Program-made: the position numbers and the translations under genes
Notes under the pieces: model-generated
What the model saw: only the letters and a program-made list of their open reading frames with translations
Database searches by the model: none
What the model was told of the DNA's origin: nothing
Part shown: positions 29,535 through 38,050 of the stretch, piece by piece
How positions within the stretch are numbered: the first letter of the stretch is position 1
Layout: every line of letters starts with the position of its first letter
Assembly: GCA_963792585.1 (NCBI GenBank)
Contig: CAWBWI010000006.1
Coordinates: forward strand, 1,006,009-1,070,008
Length of the DNA: 64,000 nucleotides
Source: Candidatus Eiseniibacteriota bacterium
GTDB taxonomy: Bacteria > Eisenbacteria > RBG-16-71-46 > CAIMUX01 > VGJL01
Direction: 5' to 3'

Positions 29535-31417
29535 CCTTTCAGATACCGATCGAAGAATTCCACCATCTTCCTGTAGAGGACGAGTCGGTTGGGTTGTTTG
29601 CCGACGCCGTGCCCCTCGTCCGGGAAGATCAGGCTGTCGACCGGGGATCCTCGCCCCCGGAGCGCACGGATGATCTGTCGCGCTTCGCCCACGGGGACGC
29701 GGGGATCGTTTTCTCCGTGAACCACGAGGAGCGCGCCGCGGATCCGATCGACCTTGTGGATCGGAGAGATCGATCGGAGGAAGAGCGAGTCGCTGGGCGG
29801 GCCGTACTCCGAGGCCCGGAGGTCGCGCCGGTAGGCCGCGGTGCCGCCAAAGAAGGTCTCGAAGTTCGCGATCCCGACCTCATCGATGCCGGCCGCGAAC
29901 AGCTCGGGATACTCGGTCATTGCGGCCAGGGTCATGTAGCCCCCATAGGAGGAACCTTTCACCCCGATCTTGCCGGCGGCCGCGCGTCCGCTCGAGATCA
30001 GGTACTTCGCCCCCCAGGCGAGATCCTTCACCGAGTCGAGCCGCTTCTTGTAGTTGTCGGCCTCGGTGTATGCGCGCCCGTAGCCGGTGCTCCCGCGGAC
30101 GTTCGGCGCGAAGACCCCATATCCGTTCAGGAGCAGGTACTGGAAATGCCGGTTGAAATAGGGTCGGAACTGCCCTTCCGGTCCTCCGTGGACATCGATG
30201 ATGAACGGGATCGGTCCCGTGCGCGCGCCCGTGGGTAGGTACAGAAACGCGGGGATCTTCGTGCCGTCGAAGCTCTCGTAGTGGACCAGCTCGGGTGGCG
30301 CGAACCACTGCGGGTCGATTCCCGCATAGCTCGAGAAGGTCCGCTGGCGGAGCTGGCCGCCTTCCCCGCTCGCCGGCCAGTCCCAGGTCCAGATGTCGGC
30401 GGTCTGGAGCGGGCTGTTGAAACCAAAGGCCAAGCGACCGTTATCGGAGAGTGATAGTCCCGAGCAGATCCCATCGAGCTTCGGGACGGGCAACTCCCGA
30501 CTGCCGGCGATATCCCACAGATGAAGGCGGCCCCAGCCGTTCTCGTTGACGGTCCAGGCCAACGTCTTGAAGTCGGTCGACATGGTGATCGACTCGATCG
30601 ACCAAGGGGAATCCTCTTCGGGAAACAGCGGCGTGCGGGTCGGCGGGTCCCCCTCGATCTTCGCGAGACGGGCGGCCCCCTGAGGATTGTCATCCGCCGC
30701 GACAAAGACCGTCCGCGCATCCCCGACGAAGAATGCGGCGGAGAAGGAAATCCCCCCTTCATGGGGGGTGAGATGGCGCGTCCGCCCCGTTTCGATATCG
30801 AGCGTATAGATGTCGTTGTCCGTGTTCGATGTCGCGTGCGCGATGAGGAGGGTCTTGCCGTCCTCCGCGATGTCGATGACCGAGTTCAGCCCCTCGCGTT
30901 TGTAGACGATTCGCCGGACGCCCGATTCCATGTCCTGCTCGTAGAGGTAGAAGTCGGCGGGACTGTCCGGGTTGCCGCTGAAGTAGATCTTCCGATCATC
31001 GGGACCGAAGGACGGGGTGCCGAAGCGCGCCTTGGGATCGGCGACGACGGGCGTCAGGAGGCCGGTGACCGCGTCGAGTAGGTAGATCTGGTAGCGCTCG
31101 TTGCCATCCGGCGCGGCGGTGACGGCGATCCTCTTCTCGTCACGCGACAGGTTGATTCCGCTGATCCCGCTCGGGAAGAAGGTGAGCTGGTAGGGCCATC
31201 CCTCGGGGGTCAGCCGATAGAGCTGCCGCGTGCCCGTGACCGCCGTGGTGAAGTAGAGGGTCTGGCCGTCCCGGGTGAGCTTCGGGGTCGTGGCCGAGCC
31301 GATCTGCATGAACGTCTCGATGTCCGGGATCCGGGCGGGCAGGGCCTGATCTGCAACCGAAACCTCGGGTCCGCAGAGAACAAAAGCGGCGGAAAAAACG
31401 AGAAGCAACCGGCGCAC
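29531..31417 (-). CDS. Secreted S9 family peptidase (beta-propeller plus catalytic domain)
   Basis: SD AAGGAGG before GTG 31417, signal peptide, HGGPEGQ, GSSYGG, HGENDPRVP, DEGHG. Confidence 0.9.
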   Translation of the reverse strand: MRRLLLVFSAAFVLCGPEVSVADQALPARIPDIETFMQIGSATTPKLTRDGQTLYFTTAVTGTRQLYRLTPEGWPYQLTFFPSGISGINLSRDEKRIAVTAAPDGNERYQIYLLDAVTGLLTPVVADPKARFGTPSFGPDDRKIYFSGNPDSPADFYLYEQDMESGVRRIVYKREGLNSVIDIAEDGKTLLIAHATSNTDNDIYTLDIETGRTRHLTPHEGGISFSAAFFVGDARTVFVAADDNPQGAARLAKIEGDPPTRTPLFPEEDSPWSIESITMSTDFKTLAWTVNENGWGRLHLWDIAGSRELPVPKLDGICSGLSLSDNGRLAFGFNSPLQTADIWTWDWPASGEGGQLRQRTFSSYAGIDPQWFAPPELVHYESFDGTKIPAFLYLPTGARTGPIPFIIDVHGGPEGQFRPYFNRHFQYLLLNGYGVFAPNVRGSTGYGRAYTEADNYKKRLDSVKDLAWGAKYLISSGRAAAGKIGVKGSSYGGYMTLAAMTEYPELFAAGIDEVGIANFETFFGGTAAYRRDLRASEYGPPSDSLFLRSISPIHKVDRIRGALLVVHGENDPRVPVGEARQIIRALRGRGSPVDSLIFPDEGHGVGKQPNRLVLYRKMVEFFDRYLKG

Positions 31418-31546
31418 GGGTACCTCCTTGCGGGCTCGGGCCCGCGGGGCAAGACTAGCACTTTCGGTCCGCGGCGCGGCCGAGTGGAACCCGGCCGGCC
31501 CCCCCGACGTAGGGGGTCTAACGTGCCGTCCAAGAGGAGGACCCTC

Positions 31547-32146
31547 ATGCGCGCCATCCGTTCCCGCCAGCTCGTCTTCGTCGCCGTCATGCTCGCGATC
31601 CCCTTTGCCGCCCTTGCCGAGACGGGCACGGTCTGGTTGACCGGAACGATCGAGGGCAACGGCGATGCCGGGCGTTTCCGAATCCCGCTGGAGTGGCTCG
31701 CCGCCGTCAACGATCAGGAGGGAGACACCATCCGCGTCGAGGACGTGACCGTCGACGCGGCCAAGCTCTGGAGGACGTACCGGGATCTGCCCGCGGGCGA
31801 GTCCCGTCAGGTGGAGAAGGGGATCAGCAAGAAGGGGAGCGCCTACGATATCCACGTCGTCTCCGAGACGCCTGCCCAAACAAAGGCCAAAGGGAAGGTC
31901 CGGATCCTGAATCGTGATGAGAAGGGGAAGGTGACCGACATCGGCTTTCCTCTCGACATCCCCGGCTTGATCCAGTCGATCGCCAACTCTCTCGTGCACG
32001 TCGAGGGCGGAGAATCGAAGATCACCGTCAACAGCGTGAGCCTCAACAATCCGGCCGATCTCCGGAAGCTGGCGGATTACGGTCCGTTCACCTTCTTCGA
32101 GGGAAGTGAGAAGGACTCGAGCCGGGTCAAGATCTGGATCGAGTAG
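31547..32146 (+). CDS. Hypothetical secreted protein
   Basis: SD GAGGAGG, signal peptide ending ALA, normal codon usage. Confidence 0.7.
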   Translation: MRAIRSRQLVFVAVMLAIPFAALAETGTVWLTGTIEGNGDAGRFRIPLEWLAAVNDQEGDTIRVEDVTVDAAKLWRTYRDLPAGESRQVEKGISKKGSAYDIHVVSETPAQTKAKGKVRILNRDEKGKVTDIGFPLDIPGLIQSIANSLVHVEGGESKITVNSVSLNNPADLRKLADYGPFTFFEGSEKDSSRVKIWIE

Positions 32147-32167
32147 TCCCGGCCCGTCACCGCCGCG

Positions 32168-32893
32168 CTATTCGTTACCCAGGATACCCCCGAGGAGACC
32201 GCCCCCACGGCCGCCGCCCGACGCGCCGCCACGCGGCAGCTTCGGCATGAGCCAGCTCAGGAACGCCTGTGTGCTGCGCGTCTGCAGGTAGAGCGTTCCG
32301 TTTCCACGGAACTCGCAGACGAGCCCTTCCCCCGACAGCAGGGTCGATTTCATCCCGCCGACGGCGCGCACGTTGAAGTCGAGGCCGCTCGTAAATCCGA
32401 CGACGTGACCCGTGTCGACGACGTAGGGCTGCCCGGAGATCTGCACCGGATGGATCGCCCCGTAGCTCGAGAAGACCAGGGGGCCGCTTCCCGTCGCCTT
32501 CAGCAGGAAGAGTCCCTCACTGCCGAAGAACCCCTTTGCGCCGGCCCAGCTCGCGTCGACAGTCACCTCGGGGGGCGCGGCGAGGAACGAACCGGACTGG
32601 ATGAAGAAGGTGTCCCCGTTCAGGTGGACGACAGAGATGTCGCCGGGAAGGGCGGGGGCCAACGTGATCTCGCCGGGCCCGCCCCGCGGGGCAAAGGTAT
32701 TGAAGAACAGGGACTCCCCGCCCAGGACCGAGCGCTTCAGGGCTCCGAAGATGCCCCCCTTCATCCCGGTCCGGATCTCCAGGTTCGCGCTCATGCTGAC
32801 CATGGCGCCGCCTTCGGCCTGAATCGCCTCTTCGGCCGCAAGAGACACGATTGCAAGGGAATAGGACGGTTGGTACTTGATCTCTACGTTCAT
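32168..32893 (-). CDS. TIGR00266/AIM24 family protein
   Basis: AEGGAMVSMS, GGESLFFN, FGSEGLF, VDTGHVVGF, GEGLVCEF. Confidence 0.9.
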   Translation of the reverse strand: MNVEIKYQPSYSLAIVSLAAEEAIQAEGGAMVSMSANLEIRTGMKGGIFGALKRSVLGGESLFFNTFAPRGGPGEITLAPALPGDISVVHLNGDTFFIQSGSFLAAPPEVTVDASWAGAKGFFGSEGLFLLKATGSGPLVFSSYGAIHPVQISGQPYVVDTGHVVGFTSGLDFNVRAVGGMKSTLLSGEGLVCEFRGNGTLYLQTRSTQAFLSWLMPKLPRGGASGGGRGGGLLGGILGNE

Positions 32894-32927
32894 GGGTGAC
32901 CTCCTGGTGGGGAGCCTAACACAGCTC

Positions 32928-32962
32928 TTGACAGCACGGACCCTATAGCGTACATTTGTTTG
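32928..32962 (+). promoter_or_regulatory. Sigma70 promoter overlapped by a LexA-like box
   Basis: TTGACA-N17-TACATT. CGTAC-ATTT-GTTTG (32949-32962) resembles GAAC-N4-GTTC. Confidence 0.6.
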
Positions 32963-32964
32963 GT

Positions 32965-33975
32965 ATGAAGACGGAAGCGGTGCAGACCTTCTTCCCCCTC
33001 GAGCCGACCACTCAGGCGGCGCCCCCGCGGCGTCGCTTCCACGGGGAGCCGGTGGAGGAAACGCCCCGCGCCCAGTTCCGGCCGCTGGCCTGCAACACGA
33101 TCCTGAACGAGAACGCGAATCGCGCGCTCCCCTTCCGCTGGACGATCAATCCGTATCGCGGGTGCGAGTTCGGCTGCACCTACTGCTTCGCGCGCTACAC
33201 CCACGCATACCTCGATCATGCGGACCCCGCGAGCTTCGAGTCGAAGATCTACGTGAAGTTCCAGGCCGCGCAGGTCCTGGCCGAAACACTGAAACCGGAG
33301 ATGGTGCGCGGTCGCCCGATCGCGATTGGAACGGCGACCGATCCGTACCAGCCGGCCGAGAAGCGATTCCTCGTCACGCGGAGGCTGCTCGAGGTGCTCG
33401 CCCGTTGCCCGGACGTCGATCTCTCGATCACGACGAAGAGCCCCCTCATCGTCCGCGACGTTGCGCTCCTGCAGAGGATCGCCAGGAACGCGCGGCTCAC
33501 CGTTCACGTCAGCCTGATCACGCTGAACTCCGACCTGGCCCGGATCGTCGAGGGTCGCGCCCCCACCCCCCGCCGACGCCTCGATACGATCCGGGCCCTC
33601 CGCTCCGCGGGCATCGACGTCGGCGTCTTCGTGATGCCGATCCTGCCCGACATCACCGACGCGCGCGGCGATCTCCGCGGTCTTCTTCGCGCCGCGCGCG
33701 AGGCGGGCGCCGGGTTCGCGGTCCCCGGCGCCGTGCGCCTGCTCGGACCCGCTTGGCTCGCCTTCGAGCCGGTACTGCGCCGCCACTTCCCGCACCTCCT
33801 GGCGCGCTACCGCGCCTTGAGGGAGAGCGGCGGCGAGTTCTCCTCGGAGGTCGTGGGCGCCATCATGGATCGCTTCCGCGAGGCGCGGGAGGAAGTGGGG
33901 CTCGCGGGGAATTGCGGCGGGGGCGACGACGACTCATCGAGGCGCTCGGGAACCGGGTGGCTGTTCGAGGCGTGA
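32965..33975 (+). CDS. Radical SAM protein, Rv2578c/SplB-like DNA-repair family
   Basis: INPYRGCEFGCTYCFAR, GTATDPYQPAE, TKS, MPILPDITD. Confidence 0.9.
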   Translation: MKTEAVQTFFPLEPTTQAAPPRRRFHGEPVEETPRAQFRPLACNTILNENANRALPFRWTINPYRGCEFGCTYCFARYTHAYLDHADPASFESKIYVKFQAAQVLAETLKPEMVRGRPIAIGTATDPYQPAEKRFLVTRRLLEVLARCPDVDLSITTKSPLIVRDVALLQRIARNARLTVHVSLITLNSDLARIVEGRAPTPRRRLDTIRALRSAGIDVGVFVMPILPDITDARGDLRGLLRAAREAGAGFAVPGAVRLLGPAWLAFEPVLRRHFPHLLARYRALRESGGEFSSEVVGAIMDRFREAREEVGLAGNCGGGDDDSSRRSGTGWLFEA

Positions 33976-34016
33976 TTCGTCTCCCGGCGCGATCGGTCCG
34001 AGCCGGATTGCGGTCG

Positions 34017-35927
34017 CTAGCCACCAAGAAGATGATTCCGATACCACCGCACCATCGCGAGCAACGTGAAGATCGCCCGCGCGCGGTCGGCACGCCGCTC
34101 GAGGTGTTGCTCGACGATCCGGCCGACCGCCGCACCGTCGAGGAAGCCTTCCGCGTCGATTCTCATCGGGTCGAGATCCGCAAGCACCGTCGCCTTCAGA
34201 TCCCGCCGGAACATCCCCGCCAGGGGCACGGAGAGGCCGCGCTTGCGTCTCTTGAGCAGTTGGCGCGGCACGGTCAACATCGCCGCCCGGCGTAGGATTC
34301 GCTTCGTCTCCCACCCGTGGACCTTCATCTCGATCGGCAGGCGCGCGGCGAACTCGACAACCTCGCGGCTCAGATAGGGCGAGCGACTCTCGAGAGAGCA
34401 GGACATCGAGGCGCGATCGACCTTCGTGAGGAGCCCCTCGCCGAGGTAGGTGCGGAAATCGAGGTAGAGAACCTCCTCGAGGTCGGCACGGCTCCACTCA
34501 TCCTCCGGACCGAGCATCGCTCGGTAGATGGCGATCGGATCGGCCTCGGCGCGGGCGAGCCGCGGCCCGACCAGCGCGCCGACCTCTTCGGGGGGGAACG
34601 CCCCGAACCACGCGGCATGGCGATCGAGGAGCGGCCGCGCGGCGTGGCGTACGAACCGTTTCAGCAGGAACTCGAGCGAGACCTTGCCTTCCGAGGCCGG
34701 CCACGACTCGATCAACGGGCGCAGCAGGCGCTCCCGCAGCCATGAAGGCCAGCGAGCGTACCCGCGCGCGAGATGGTGTCCCAGATAGGTCGGGTACCCG
34801 CCGAAGAGCTCATCCGCCCCCTCGCCCCCGAGGATCACCTTCACGTGGCGGCGCGCTTCCTCTGCGAGGAGGAAGGTCGGCAGAACGGCGGGATCGCCCA
34901 GCGGTTCGTCCAGGTGACGGCCGAGGAGATCGAACGCGCGGGCGAGCGAGACCGTGTCGGCGGGCGCAATGTGATGGATCGTCCCCAAGCGCGCGGCAAG
35001 CCAGGCGGCGGCATCCCCTTCGTCGTACGACGCGTCGGCGAACGATACGGTGAACGTGTGAAGCCGCTCCTTCGATTCCTTCGCGGCGACCGTAGCGATC
35101 CAGCCCGAGTCCAGACCGCCGCTCAGCGCGACCCCGGCCGGCACATCCCCCATCAGCTGGCGGCGCACCGACGCGTCGATCCGCTCGCGCAGGTCGTGCG
35201 CGGCTTCGGCTTCGGTCATGCGGATGGGCCTAGTCGCGCCCTCGATCGCGTGCGACCGCAGCGACCAGTAGGTTCGCAGATCGAGCGATGCCATCCCCGA
35301 TACGGCGATCCCCATCGTTCCGGGAACCATCTTGCGGATGTCGCGATATGGGGAATACGGGGCCGGCAGGTAGCCAAAGGAGAGATAGAGGCGAAGCGCC
35401 TCGGCATCTTCCTCGCGTCCGATGCCGTCGACCACGCGCAACGCGGCCAGTTCGCTCGCGAAGTAGAGGGTGCGGTCCCGCCAGGCATAGAAGAGCGGCT
35501 TTTCGCCGGCCCGATCCCGCGCAAGCACGAGGCGCTGCGAGGTAGCGTCCCACAGGGCGATCGCGAACATCCCATCCACGGGCTCGAGAAAATCGAGTCC
35601 GCGGTCTTCATAGAGGTGGACGAGAACCTCGACATCGGAGTGGGTGCGGAAGGTGTGACGCCCCTCGAGGTCACGGCGCAACGCGGGTGCGTTGTAGATT
35701 TCGCCGTTGCACACGATGTGGATCGATCCGGTTTCGTTGTGCAGGGGTTGGCGGCCGGTCGCGAGGTCGACGATCGAGAGGCGGCGGCTGCCGAGCGCGA
35801 CGCATCCTTCCGCGAACACACCCCCCTCGTCCGGACCCCGGTGGAAGAGTGCGGTCCCCATCCGCTCGAGCGGCTCGCGCGCGGAGACCTGGTCCCCCGT
35901 CGCAAAGAATCCGTAGATGCCGCACAC
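34017..35927 (-). CDS. asnB: Asparagine synthase (glutamine-hydrolyzing)-family amidotransferase
   Basis: N-terminal MCGI, HRGPD, RLSIVDL, NGEIYN, LSGGLDS, GEGADELFGGY, KVDRASM. Confidence 0.95.
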   Translation of the reverse strand: MCGIYGFFATGDQVSAREPLERMGTALFHRGPDEGGVFAEGCVALGSRRLSIVDLATGRQPLHNETGSIHIVCNGEIYNAPALRRDLEGRHTFRTHSDVEVLVHLYEDRGLDFLEPVDGMFAIALWDATSQRLVLARDRAGEKPLFYAWRDRTLYFASELAALRVVDGIGREEDAEALRLYLSFGYLPAPYSPYRDIRKMVPGTMGIAVSGMASLDLRTYWSLRSHAIEGATRPIRMTEAEAAHDLRERIDASVRRQLMGDVPAGVALSGGLDSGWIATVAAKESKERLHTFTVSFADASYDEGDAAAWLAARLGTIHHIAPADTVSLARAFDLLGRHLDEPLGDPAVLPTFLLAEEARRHVKVILGGEGADELFGGYPTYLGHHLARGYARWPSWLRERLLRPLIESWPASEGKVSLEFLLKRFVRHAARPLLDRHAAWFGAFPPEEVGALVGPRLARAEADPIAIYRAMLGPEDEWSRADLEEVLYLDFRTYLGEGLLTKVDRASMSCSLESRSPYLSREVVEFAARLPIEMKVHGWETKRILRRAAMLTVPRQLLKRRKRGLSVPLAGMFRRDLKATVLADLDPMRIDAEGFLDGAAVGRIVEQHLERRADRARAIFTLLAMVRWYRNHLLGG

Positions 35928-35936
35928 GGTCGTATC

Positions 35937-37808
35937 TCAGCGCGGGGGAGGGGGAATCCCCTCGCGTGCCCAGATCCGATACTTGCGGACGCGCGAGGCT
36001 AGACGGAACTCGGGTCCCGGCGGGGTGTCGCTTCGCGTGATCAGGATTCCGACCGTCCCCGCGAGCAACGCCGCATCGAGATCCTGCGGCGACCAGAGCC
36101 CCGGCGCGCCCGCCGCCTTGAGGGCATCATGGTTGCGCGCGACATAGGTGCTCGTGATCTCCCTCCCCGTCTCGGTTACGACCGGCACGACCCGCCCCAG
36201 ATAGAAGTCGAGGCTCGTCGGGAAGCACCGCACCGTCGCCACCGTCAGCGTCTCCGCCCCCAGTCTCCTGAGTTCGGCGGCAAGCTGTCGAGAGGAGTTT
36301 TGATCGGCGTAACGGACCATCGGCGCGATCGCGACGACAAACACCATCGGGGCGACCAGCCCGAGAACGATGGGCGCCCATGCCGGGCGTCGCATCCGGT
36401 GGAGGACGAGCAGCCCGAGCCCGCACACGGTGAACACGATCCCGATCCCCGTGAGCAGATCCCCCGCCGCGCCCGCTAGAACCGCCGGTTGTCTCAGCCA
36501 TCGATCCAGCGGCAGCCCAACCCTTGCCCCGATGATCAGCACTGCGCCGAGCACCACCAGCACGATGCCGGGCACGAGAGTCCAGGCCCTGGTTGCGCTC
36601 GCCCACACGTCGGCGGAAGGAGCTGCGCTGCTGAGGTCCGCGCTGGATCGGGGGCCGGCGGAAGGAGCTGCGCTACTGGGGTCCGCGCTGGATCGGGGGT
36701 CGGCGGAAGGAGCTGCGCTACTGAGGTCCGCGCTGGATCGGGGGTCGGCGAAAGGAGCTGCGCTATGCGCCGACTGGAGCCGACCCCCGATCCAGCAGCC
36801 AGCCACAATCTCCCTACCAACAAGCACCGCGATCAACGGCACCACCGGCAGCACGTACCCCCCCAGCTTGCTGCTCGACGCCGAGAAGAACGCCACGATC
36901 GCCAACACCGCGAACAGCAGTCCCCGCTCCGCCGACGGCCGCAGGAAATCACGGTGGGAGCGGAAGTACGCCGGCAGCCTACCGACCGCGACGATGCTCC
37001 ACGGCAGCAACCCCATCAACAGGATCGGCACGTAGTAGTAGAACGGCCCCGTCCGCTGAAACGTCGGTCTCGTGAGCCGCTCGACCGTCTCGACCATGAG
37101 CGCATAGCGCAGGAATCCCGGCTGACGCAACTCGACCGCCAGCACCCAGGGCATGCACACGACCAGAAAGGCCGCGATCCCGACCGGGTGGAGCAGCCCC
37201 CGCAATCGCCACGGCCTTCCGAGTCCGATGGTCAGAGCAAGGAATCCCAGCAGGGGCAGGAGCAGTCCAACCGGTCCCTTGGTCAGCACGGCCAACGCGG
37301 TGCAGACCCAGAACAGGGGAAATCCCCATCGTCGACCCCCGCGCGCCTCCACCGCGAACCAGAGCGCGTAGGTGACGAAGCAGGTGAGCGCGATGTCGAA
37401 GATCACCGTGCGGGCGAAAACCAGGAAGAGCGGAGAACTCGCGAGCGCGATCACCGACGCCCACGCCGCCTGCGCCGAGAAGAGCCGCCGCGCCAGCGCC
37501 CACGTCGCGAGTCCTGTCGCGATCGCGAAGAGGAGCGACGGCAGACGGGCCGCGGCCTCGGTCGATCCGAACAGCGAAAGGCTCGACGCGACCGCTGCGA
37601 AGTAGAGGATCGGCTTGTCGAGATAGGGCATCCCGTGAAAGTGGGGCAGCACCCAGTCGCGCGAGGCGACGATCTCCTGGGCCACCCGGGCGTTGCGTCC
37701 TTCGTCGGGCTCCAGAAGTGGGATCCGGCTAATCCCAAGGAGGATAGAAAGTAACACGATTGCGGCGAGCCCGATACTGACCGATCTGGGAGCGAGCCGT
37801 CTCATCAC
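35937..37808 (-). CDS. GT39/ArnT-like membrane glycosyltransferase
   Basis: DEGRNARVAQE, YLDKP, ARLPS, LTKGPVG, KLGGYVLP, many TM helices. Confidence 0.9.
   Translation of the reverse strand: MMRRLAPRSVSIGLAAIVLLSILLGISRIPLLEPDEGRNARVAQEIVASRDWVLPHFHGMPYLDKPILYFAAVASSLSLFGSTEAAARLPSLLFAIATGLATWALARRLFSAQAAWASVIALASSPLFLVFARTVIFDIALTCFVTYALWFAVEARGGRRWGFPLFWVCTALAVLTKGPVGLLLPLLGFLALTIGLGRPWRLRGLLHPVGIAAFLVVCMPWVLAVELRQPGFLRYALMVETVERLTRPTFQRTGPFYYYVPILLMGLLPWSIVAVGRLPAYFRSHRDFLRPSAERGLLFAVLAIVAFFSASSSKLGGYVLPVVPLIAVLVGREIVAGCWIGGRLQSAHSAAPFADPRSSADLSSAAPSADPRSSADPSSAAPSAGPRSSADLSSAAPSADVWASATRAWTLVPGIVLVVLGAVLIIGARVGLPLDRWLRQPAVLAGAAGDLLTGIGIVFTVCGLGLLVLHRMRRPAWAPIVLGLVAPMVFVVAIAPMVRYADQNSSRQLAAELRRLGAETLTVATVRCFPTSLDFYLGRVVPVVTETGREITSTYVARNHDALKAAGAPGLWSPQDLDAALLAGTVGILITRSDTPPGPEFRLASRVRKYRIWAREGIPPPPR
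36610..36765. repeat. 45-bp tandem repeat, about 3.5 copies, in frame inside the ArnT-like gene
   Basis: Units start at 36610, 36655, 36700 and 36745 and encode SSAAPSADPRSSAD(L/P). Confidence 0.9.
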
Positions 37809-37864
37809 GATCGGGCGATCTTCGGCTTCCGCCGACCCCGAAGATCAGCATCGGAAAATCTCTC

Positions 37865-37893
37865 TTGACAACTATCGTCCACGCGAGTAGATT
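37865..37893 (+). promoter_or_regulatory. Orphan sigma70-like promoter with no downstream plus-strand CDS
   Basis: TTGACA-N17-TAGATT. Confidence 0.55.
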
Positions 37894-37898
37894 TCACT

Positions 37899-38050
37899 GG
37901 TTCGGCTGGAACCGCATCACAGACTTTGCTCCCCGAACCAGACTTTGCTGTGGTGGACTGTCCGACCCCTCGAGCGGGGCACGTTAGGTTCCCCCCTGGT
38001 GTCTTGCTGAGGATCGGCTGGTCTCACCCTTTGTGAACGGGCGGAAGCGA
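37899..38050 (+). ncRNA. Candidate structured small RNA (family not recognised)
   Basis: Follows the promoter. Possible stems GGTTCGG/CCGAACC, CATCACAG/CTGTGGTG, GGAACC/GGTTCC and CCCC/GGGG. Direct repeat CAGACTTTGCT occurs twice. Confidence 0.35.

Noticed and set aside
37995..38045. TPP-riboswitch-like fragment (GGTG..GCTGAG..ACCCTTTG) and a c-di-GMP-I-like GCAAA pair on the minus strand
   Set aside because: The TPP 3' half (CTGAT..TAAT..GCG.AGGGA) and the GAAA tetraloop are missing, and no plus-strand gene follows. Kept only as an unclassified ncRNA candidate.
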